Source of the DNA: Bacillus subtilis subsp. subtilis str. 168
Lineage (GTDB): Bacteria; Bacillota; Bacilli; Bacillales; Bacillaceae
Direction of reading: 5' to 3'
Assembly: GCF_000009045.1 (NCBI RefSeq)
Contig: NC_000964.3
Coordinates: 1,920,001 to 1,952,000 of the forward strand
Length of the DNA stretch: 32,000 nucleotides
The notes under the pieces are model-generated. The model saw only the letters and a program-made list of their open reading frames with translations. It ran no database searches and was not told where the DNA came from. Of the stretch, positions 9,481 through 15,447 are shown one piece after another (the stretch's first letter is position 1; each line of letters begins with the position of its first letter). The translations under genes were made by a program, and so were the position numbers.

Positions 9481-9993
9481 ATGCTGAAAAAATGGCTCGC
9501 AGGGATCCTGCTTATCATGCTAGTCGGTTATACGGGATGGAATTTATATCAAACATACAGCAAAAAAGAAGTCGGAATTCAAGAGGGGCAACAAGCACCT
9601 GATTTTTCTTTGAAAACGCTATCAGGAGAGAAAAGCTCTTTACAGGATGCAAAAGGCAAAAAAGTGCTGCTCAATTTTTGGGCAACTTGGTGTAAGCCGT
9701 GCCGTCAGGAAATGCCTGCGATGGAAAAGCTGCAAAAAGAGTACGCCGACAAACTTGCGGTTGTTGCGGTAAATTTCACTTCAGCTGAGAAAAGTGAGAA
9801 ACAGGTCCGAGCGTTTGCTGATACTTATGACTTAACGTTCCCCATTCTGATTGATAAAAAAGGGATCAATGCTGACTATAACGTGATGTCATATCCAACG
9901 ACATATATCTTAGATGAAAAAGGTGTTATCCAAGACATACATGTTGGCACCATGACAAAAAAAGAAATGGAACAAAAACTGGATCTTGATTAG
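9481..9993 (+). CDS. yneN: Membrane-anchored thioredoxin-fold thiol-disulfide oxidoreductase (TlpA/ResA-like) YneN
   Basis: N-terminal anchor (WLAGILLIMLVGYTGW) and the WATWCKPCRQEMP CxxC active site. SD GGAGGTG at 9470-9476 fits the ATG at 9481 (170 aa) rather than the track start at 9463. Confidence 0.9.
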   Translation: MLKKWLAGILLIMLVGYTGWNLYQTYSKKEVGIQEGQQAPDFSLKTLSGEKSSLQDAKGKKVLLNFWATWCKPCRQEMPAMEKLQKEYADKLAVVAVNFTSAEKSEKQVRAFADTYDLTFPILIDKKGINADYNVMSYPTTYILDEKGVIQDIHVGTMTKKEMEQKLDLD

Positions 9994-10073
9994 ATTCAGT
10001 TTTTTTTATACTCAAATATGCTTACAAGTTTTCAGAATTGGAAAAAATAAAAGAATATGCGGAGGTGAGAAGC

Positions 10074-10199
10074 GTGAAGAAGATGAGAAAACGTTCTTTT
10101 CATGAGCTCGTCATGGAAAACAAAAAAGAGCTGATGACCAATACAGAGTATTTAAATCAGCTTGAGGAAAAGCTTGAACAGCGATTTAAGCAAAAATAA
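10074..10199 (+). CDS. Small basic helical protein, 41 aa, possibly of the Fur-regulated basic protein (FbpA/FbpB-like) family
   Basis: Hand translation gives (M)KKMRKRSFHELVMENKKELMTNTEYLNQLEEKLEQRFKQK*. Strong SD GGAGGTG at 10061-10067 lies 6 nt before the GTG at 10074. It is below the ORF-track cutoff. The family assignment comes from remembered sequence style only. Confidence 0.55.
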   Translation: MKKMRKRSFHELVMENKKELMTNTEYLNQLEEKLEQRFKQK

Positions 10200-10263
10200 C
10201 CTTTAATTTGTATTCATGTTTACCCCTCCTTTTGAGAAACCTATCTGTTGAGGAGGGATAAAC

Positions 10264-10410
10264 ATGGGAAACAACAAGAAAAACGGTCAGCCTCAATATG
10301 CTCCAAGCCACTTGGGTACAAAGCCTGTAAAATATAAAGCCAATAAAGGGGAAAAAATGCATGATACTTCAGGACAGCGGCCGATTATCATGCAGACAAA
10401 AGGCGAGTAG
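10264..10410 (+). CDS. sspN: Minor small acid-soluble spore protein SspN (48 aa)
   Basis: Hand translation gives MGNNKKNGQPQYAPSHLGTKPVKYKANKGEKMHDTSGQRPIIMQTKGE*. SD GGAGGG at 10252-10257. It is followed 36 nt later by tlp, consistent with the known sspN-tlp operon. Confidence 0.9.
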   Translation: MGNNKKNGQPQYAPSHLGTKPVKYKANKGEKMHDTSGQRPIIMQTKGE

Positions 10411-10446
10411 CGAAAATTCGAGTTTATTTCTAGGAGGTACATCCGA

Positions 10447-10698
10447 ATGACAAAGAACCAAAATCAATATCAGCAGCCTAATCCTGATGATCGTTCTGAC
10501 AATGTGGAAAAATTGCAGGATATGGTTCAAAATACAATTGAAAATATAGAAGAAGCAGAAGCATCAATGGAGTTTGCTTCAGGAGAAGATAAACAGCGTA
10601 TCAAAGAAAAAAATGCAAGGCGCGAACAGAGCATTGAAGCGTTTCGTAATGAAATACAGGACGAATCTGCAGCGAGACAAAACGGATACCGTTCTTAA
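10447..10698 (+). CDS. tlp: Small acid-soluble spore protein Tlp
   Basis: 83-aa highly charged Gln/Glu-rich protein MTKNQNQYQQPNPDDRSDNVEKLQD..., recognised as Tlp. SD AGGAGG lies 8 nt upstream. Despite the historical name thioredoxin-like protein, the translation contains no cysteine. Confidence 0.92.
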   Translation: MTKNQNQYQQPNPDDRSDNVEKLQDMVQNTIENIEEAEASMEFASGEDKQRIKEKNARREQSIEAFRNEIQDESAARQNGYRS

Positions 10699-10727
10699 AA
10701 AACCAGGGAAACCTGGTTTTTTTCTTT
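10698..10727 (+). terminator. Intrinsic terminator of sspN-tlp
   Basis: AAAAACCAGG-gaaa-CCTGGTTTTTTT immediately after the tlp stop. Confidence 0.85.
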
Positions 10728-10739
10728 CTGATTTGATTA

Positions 10740-10748
10740 TGGTAAAAT
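10740..10748 (+). promoter_or_regulatory. Candidate extended -10 promoter element for yneP-yneQ
   Basis: TGgTAAAAT (TGn plus TAAAAT) lies 35 nt upstream of the yneP start. No convincing -35 is present. Confidence 0.35.
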
Positions 10749-10782
10749 GGGGCTAAATTGACGTTAAGGGAGCAGAGTAATC

Positions 10783-11199
10783 TTGCATGTATCAAAAAAA
10801 GAAATAGAAGTGCGTTATGCAGAAACAGATCAAATGGGGATTGTCTATCACGCAAATTATCTTGTGTGGATGGAGGTCGGCAGAACGGCCTTGATTAAGG
10901 ACTTAGGCTTTTTATATAGTGATATGGAAAAAAAAGGCGTTCTGTCCCCAGTCGTTGATATCAATATTTCCTATAAAAAGCCGCTTCATTACGGAGAAAC
11001 CGCGGTTGTACATACATGGATAGAGGACTATAACGGATTTAAAACCGTCTATGGTTACCACATTTATAATCCGGCCGGTGAGCTTTCCATCAAAGCCACC
11101 TCATCTCATATTTGTGTGGATAAAGAAAGCTTTAAGCCAATTCAATTCCGCAAAGCTTTTCCTGATTGGCACACAGCATATGAAAAGGCCAAAAAATAG
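10783..11199 (+). CDS. yneP: Hotdog-fold acyl-CoA thioesterase (4HBT / YbgC-like) YneP
   Basis: 138 aa. The N-terminal VRYAETDQMGIVYHANYLVWME motif is typical of the 4HBT/YbgC thioesterase catalytic Asp region. The start is a TTG 11 nt after AAGGGAG. Confidence 0.9.
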   Translation: MHVSKKEIEVRYAETDQMGIVYHANYLVWMEVGRTALIKDLGFLYSDMEKKGVLSPVVDINISYKKPLHYGETAVVHTWIEDYNGFKTVYGYHIYNPAGELSIKATSSHICVDKESFKPIQFRKAFPDWHTAYEKAKK

Positions 11200-11214
11200 G
11201 GAAGTGAACGGGAT

Positions 11215-11514
11215 ATGGCGTTTGGTGTGAAACGGGAGGAACTTAACCGGTGGAAACAAGCAGTGAAAAGAGGAGAAATCGCATTTTTAACACATTACTG
11301 GCTGGATGACCGATTTCCAGAAGCAAAGACCGTGACAAAAGCCGGCTGTGCAGACATTGATAAGCTGGTTCAGTGGGGAGCGGCGTACGGGTTAAAAAAA
11401 GAATGGATCCATAAGAAAAGTGAATTTCCCCACTTTGATCTGCTGGGGGAAACACAAAAATATATTTTGGAACAAGAAAACCTAACCGATCATCTTATAC
11501 GATTTCATTTGTAA
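11215..11514 (+). CDS. yneQ: Conserved protein of unknown function YneQ
   Basis: 99-aa ORF 15 nt after the yneP stop on the same strand. It shares a terminator with convergent yneR. I recognise no family motif. Confidence 0.82.
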   Translation: MAFGVKREELNRWKQAVKRGEIAFLTHYWLDDRFPEAKTVTKAGCADIDKLVQWGAAYGLKKEWIHKKSEFPHFDLLGETQKYILEQENLTDHLIRFHL

Positions 11515-11547
11515 AAAAAGAACGCACATGAAGTGCGTTCTTTTTTA
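11514..11547. terminator. Bidirectional terminator between convergent yneQ and yneR
   Basis: AAAAAAGAACGCAC-atgaa-GTGCGTTCTTTTTT. It overlaps the yneR stop codon. Confidence 0.88.
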
Positions 11548-11832
11548 TTGGTATTCAAAAACCGGTTCATCAGCGTCTTCTGAATAGCTGACGAGAAGGT
11601 CGTGGTTATCAAAGTACCATAAATCACTTTCTTCAATAAAGAAGGTAATGCCATCAGCTTCTGCAGTGACTCCAGCCTCTTGTGGGGCATCTTTCGCTAC
11701 ACCGAGAGAAAAACCCTTTTGAACGTTGCTGCAGCCTCCATAGCGGACGAAAAAGCGAACCTGGTCTCCGCTTTCCAAATCGAGTTCTTCTTTATACCAG
11801 TTCAATGCGTCTTCGTTAATTGTCATATTCAT
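11545..11832 (-). CDS. yneR: HesB/IscA-fold (Fe-S biogenesis-like) protein YneR
   Basis: 95 aa. The pattern MTINEDALNWYKEEL...VRFFVRYGGCS...GFSLGV follows the A-type carrier fold. Only one Cys is present and the C-terminal CxC motif is absent. Confidence 0.85.
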   Translation of the reverse strand: MNMTINEDALNWYKEELDLESGDQVRFFVRYGGCSNVQKGFSLGVAKDAPQEAGVTAEADGITFFIEESDLWYFDNHDLLVSYSEDADEPVFEYQ

Positions 11833-11919
11833 AACAGAACACCCCTTTGTTCTTCATTTGAATTTTCTCTATTATAAACGTATTAGGCTATTCTGTGTCA
11901 AAAGAGAAGTTTTTTAAGC

Positions 11920-12501
11920 TTATAACCATTTTACTTTAGGTTCTGTTTTATTGATAATTCGTTTAATGTTCGCTCGGTGTCTGTATATCACAAAAATAGT
12001 GAGCAGGGTAACGACAATCAATAAATACGTATCATGGACAAAGAAACTATATATAACAGTATAGATCCCTGTTAACATCGATGAGAGAGAAACAAATTTA
12101 GTCAAGTATAAAAAGATGAAGAATACCGCAACCATCGTGATAAATAACAGGGGTGCGTAAAATAGCAAAACGCCTCCTGATGTCGCCACGGCTTTACCGC
12201 CTTTAAATTTGGCGAAGATGGGAAACACGTGGCCTAAAACCGCAAAGACTCCTGCAAGAAGCGGGTGAATATCAACATGCATGAGAAAAGGCAATGCAGT
12301 TGCCAGTGTCCCTTTCAAAATATCTCCGGCTATGACGACCGAACCAGCTTTTACACCCAATGTACGGAATGCATTGGTAGCGCCTAAGTTGCCGCTTCCG
12401 TGCTCCCGAATATCAATTCCTTTGGCAAGCTTGCCCACAATTAAGCCAGATGGAATGCTGCCTATCAAGTAGGCCAAAATAATCAATAAAGCAATTAACA
12501 T
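11920..12501 (-). CDS. plsY: Acyl-phosphate:glycerol-3-phosphate acyltransferase PlsY (YneS)
   Basis: 193-aa polytopic membrane protein with the PlsY motifs GSGNLGATN and [10 protein letters not shown]. Confidence 0.95.
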   Translation of the reverse strand: MLIALLIILAYLIGSIPSGLIVGKLAKGIDIREHGSGNLGATNAFRTLGVKAGSVVIAGDILKGTLATALPFLMHVDIHPLLAGVFAVLGHVFPIFAKFKGGKAVATSGGVLLFYAPLLFITMVAVFFIFLYLTKFVSLSSMLTGIYTVIYSFFVHDTYLLIVVTLLTIFVIYRHRANIKRIINKTEPKVKWL

Positions 12502-12670
12502 CTACATTTCTCCTTTTTCAAATTCCCTTCTTTTTATTTTAACATGAGATGTCATGATCTGATGATAAGTTTTTTTGTAAAGTTTGCTTACAAATCAAAT
12601 CAAACATGCATCATATTTTGATTTCTCCTGTTTTGATCGTGTAAAATAAGTGAAAAAGGAGTGACACACG

Positions 12671-13078
12671 ATGCAAAACCCTTCTAAAGCGGAAATTAAA
12701 GAGATTCTTCAAAGAAGCAAACGTATAGCGGTAGTAGGGCTTTCAGACCGTCCGGATAGAACGTCACATATGGTTTCAAAAGCAATGCAGGACGCGGGTT
12801 ATGAAATTATCCCTGTGAACCCTACAATTGATGAGGCGCTAGGTGTCAAAGCCGTTTCATCTTTAAAAGAGATAGACGGTCCGATTGACATCGTAAATGT
12901 ATTCCGGCGCTCAGAACAGCTTCCTGGAGTGGCGGAAGAGTTTTTAGAGACAGATGCGCCAGTATTTTGGGCACAGCAAGGGCTAGTTAATGAGGAAGCA
13001 TACCAGATGCTAAAAGAAAAAGGCAGAACGGTTATCATGGATCTGTGCATAAAAGTGGCACACGCTGTAACAAAATAG
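12671..13078 (+). CDS. yneT: CoA-binding domain protein YneT
   Basis: 135 aa. The KRIAVVGLSDRPDRTSH Rossmann-like start and overall length fit the small CoA-binding (YccU/YneT) family. SD AAAGGAG lies upstream. Confidence 0.9.
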   Translation: MQNPSKAEIKEILQRSKRIAVVGLSDRPDRTSHMVSKAMQDAGYEIIPVNPTIDEALGVKAVSSLKEIDGPIDIVNVFRRSEQLPGVAEEFLETDAPVFWAQQGLVNEEAYQMLKEKGRTVIMDLCIKVAHAVTK

Positions 13079-13088
13079 GTGCAGAACT

Positions 13089-13126
13089 GCAAAAATCCTT
13101 GTAAATTCAAGGATTTTTGCTTTTTA
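13089..13126 (+). terminator. Intrinsic terminator of yneT
   Basis: GCAAAAATCCTTG-taaatt-CAAGGATTTTTGC followed by TTTTT. Confidence 0.88.
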
Positions 13127-13330
13127 ATTTTAAGATATTGTTTGCGTATTACGGTGAAACAGATACAATAAAGCTTGAACAGCTTTTTTTGAATACCTTG
13201 TCCAGCTGGGTTTCGGCCGTTCGATTTGCGAAGGTCTGCTGCTTTATATATAATAAACAAACATACGTTCTCATAGTGTAAAAACAGCACTAGCCGATGT
13301 TTTGAGAAGAACTGATTCGTTAGCTCTATG

Positions 13331-13358
13331 TTGCGATTGCAAACATATTGGTTATAAT
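13331..13358 (+). promoter_or_regulatory. Candidate sigma-A promoter of parE-parC
   Basis: TTGCGA (13331-13336), a 16-nt spacer, then TATAAT (13353-13358). This would give a leader of about 110 nt before the parE start. Confidence 0.5.
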
Positions 13359-13476
13359 GAGGAGTCCAAGGCAGTACTGGCTCGAGGCGAGGTTTATAAA
13401 AAATATCTTATATACAAATGATGTGTAACACTGAAAAGAGAAAGACAATGTTAGTTTTTGAAAGGGGTTTGTACGT

Positions 13477-15444
13477 TTGGCTAGAAAACAGCAATTTGAT
13501 TACAACGAAGATGCCATACAGGTGCTCGAAGGCCTTGAGGCTGTCAGGAAAAGGCCGGGTATGTATATTGGCTCTACTGACGCGCGGGGTTTGCACCACT
13601 TGGTTTATGAAATTGTAGATAACTCTGTCGACGAGGTGCTTGCCGGCCATGGAGATCACATAATCGTCAAAATACATAAAGACAATAGTATTTCTGTACA
13701 GGATAGAGGCCGCGGCATGCCGACCGGAATGCATAAGCTCGGCAAACCAACCCCTGAAGTGATTTTAACGGTGCTTCATGCCGGAGGGAAATTCGGCCAA
13801 GGCGGCTATAAGACAAGCGGCGGGCTCCACGGAGTTGGTGCATCAGTCGTGAATGCTTTATCTGAATGGCTGACGGTTACCATTGAGCGGGACGGTTTTG
13901 TCTATCAGCAGCGATTTGAAAATGGAGGAAAACCGGTTACATCTCTCGAAAAGATCGGCAAAACAAAAAAGACGGGAACTCTTACACACTTTAAGCCAGA
14001 TCCAACGATGTTCAGCACAACCACTTATAATTTTGAAACGCTCTCTGAGCGCTTAAGAGAGTCTGCGTTTTTGTTAAAAGGACTGAAAATTGAGCTGATT
14101 GATGAACGCAATGACCAGCGTGAGGTCTTTTATTATGAAAACGGCATAGAAGCGTTTGTTGCTTACTTAAATGAAGAAAAAGACGTCTTGTCTGAAGTGG
14201 TCTCGTTTGAGGGTGAGCATCATTCTATAGAAGTGGACTTTGCGTTCCAGTTTAACGATGGTTATTCTGAAAATATTTTGTCGTTTGTCAACAATGTCAG
14301 AACAAAAGACGGCGGGACGCATGAGTCAGGTGCAAAAACTGCGATGACGCGTGCTTTTAATGAATATGCGCGAAAAGTGGCTTTGCTGAAAGAAAAGGAT
14401 AAGAACCTTGAAGGCACCGATATAAGGGAAGGGCTTTCAGCCATTATTTCTGTCCGCATTCCTGAGGAGCTTCTTCAATTTGAGGGACAAACAAAAGGAA
14501 AGCTCGGTACCAGTGAAGCAAGATCAGCGGTGGATGCGATTGTTTCAGAGCAGCTTGCTTACTTTTTAGAGGAAAATCGGGACACCGCAACGCTTCTTGT
14601 CAAAAAAGCAATCAAGGCGAGCCAGGCGCGCGAAGCGGCACGCAAAGCCCGTGAAGAAGCAAGAAGCGGCAAAAAACGAAAAAAATCAGAAGCGACTTTA
14701 AGCGGAAAGCTGACGCCTGCGGGTTCAAGAAACCCGGCAAAAAATGAATTGTATCTCGTTGAGGGAGATTCAGCAGGCGGGTCAGCCAAGCAGGGACGAG
14801 ACCGCAGATTCCAGGCGGTTCTGCCTTTACGCGGTAAAGTCATTAATACAGAAAAAGCTAAGCTTGCTGATATCTTTAAAAATGAAGAGATCAATACGAT
14901 CATTCATGCGATCGGCGGGGGAGTCGGGGCAGATTTCTCAATCGATGACATCAACTACGACAAAATCATCATTATGACCGATGCCGATACTGACGGCGCC
15001 CATATTCAAGTGCTGCTTCTTACCTTTTTCTATCGCTATATGAAACCGCTCATTGAGCATGGCAAGGTGTTCATTGCGCTGCCACCTTTATATAAGGTCA
15101 GTAAAGGAAGCGGGAAAAAGGAAATCATTGAATATGCATGGTCTGATGAAGAGATGGGGGATGTCCTGAAAAAAGTCGGCAAAGGCTATACCATTCAACG
15201 ATATAAGGGTCTTGGAGAGATGAACGCAGACCAGCTGTGGGAAACGACGATGAATCCGGAGTCCCGCACACTTGTTAGGGTCAAAATTGACGATGCGGCA
15301 CGTGTAGAGAGACGTGTGACGACGTTAATGGGAGACAAAGTAGAGCCGCGCAGAAAGTGGATTGAGAAAAACGTCGCTTTCGGCTTAGATGAAGAAAGCA
15401 ATATTTTAGAAAATGAAAACTTATCGGTCGCTGAGGAGGTTTAA
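13477..15444 (+). CDS. parE: DNA topoisomerase IV subunit B
   Basis: 655 aa with a GHKL ATPase N-terminus (RKRPGMYIGST, LHHLVYEIVDNSVDE, GLHGVGASVVNALS) and a Toprim region (ELYLVEGDSAGGSAKQGRDR, IMTDADTDGAHI). It is paired with parC rather than gyrA. The start is a TTG 8 nt after GAAAGGGG. Confidence 0.98.
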   Translation: MARKQQFDYNEDAIQVLEGLEAVRKRPGMYIGSTDARGLHHLVYEIVDNSVDEVLAGHGDHIIVKIHKDNSISVQDRGRGMPTGMHKLGKPTPEVILTVLHAGGKFGQGGYKTSGGLHGVGASVVNALSEWLTVTIERDGFVYQQRFENGGKPVTSLEKIGKTKKTGTLTHFKPDPTMFSTTTYNFETLSERLRESAFLLKGLKIELIDERNDQREVFYYENGIEAFVAYLNEEKDVLSEVVSFEGEHHSIEVDFAFQFNDGYSENILSFVNNVRTKDGGTHESGAKTAMTRAFNEYARKVALLKEKDKNLEGTDIREGLSAIISVRIPEELLQFEGQTKGKLGTSEARSAVDAIVSEQLAYFLEENRDTATLLVKKAIKASQAREAARKAREEARSGKKRKKSEATLSGKLTPAGSRNPAKNELYLVEGDSAGGSAKQGRDRRFQAVLPLRGKVINTEKAKLADIFKNEEINTIIHAIGGGVGADFSIDDINYDKIIIMTDADTDGAHIQVLLLTFFYRYMKPLIEHGKVFIALPPLYKVSKGSGKKEIIEYAWSDEEMGDVLKKVGKGYTIQRYKGLGEMNADQLWETTMNPESRTLVRVKIDDAARVERRVTTLMGDKVEPRRKWIEKNVAFGLDEESNILENENLSVAEEV

Positions 15445-15447
15445 TGA

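Noticed and set aside
9994-10073. Looked for a Fur box or clear sigma-G/sigma-F promoter, and for a yneN terminator, upstream of the 41-aa basic ORF.
   Set aside because: I found only a TATACT hexamer (10007-10012) with a poorly spaced TTGATT, no Fur-box-like TGATAAT/ATTATCA, and no stable hairpin. I cannot support a promoter or terminator call here.
10447-10698. Considered whether Tlp (historically named thioredoxin-like protein) forms a redox pair with neighbouring YneN.
   Set aside because: The Tlp translation contains no cysteine at all and is a charged SASP-like protein, so a thiol-redox role is not supported by the sequence.
13220-13232. TTCG-atttg-CGAA palindrome upstream of parE, considered as a possible LexA (SOS) box.
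   Set aside because: The B. subtilis LexA consensus is CGAAC-N4-GTTCG. Here the half sites and the spacing (N5) do not fit.
12799-13290. 163-aa minus-strand ORF opposite yneT and its terminator.
   Set aside because: It is antisense to a conserved CoA-binding-domain gene, runs through the yneT terminator, and has no SD and no recognisable motif.
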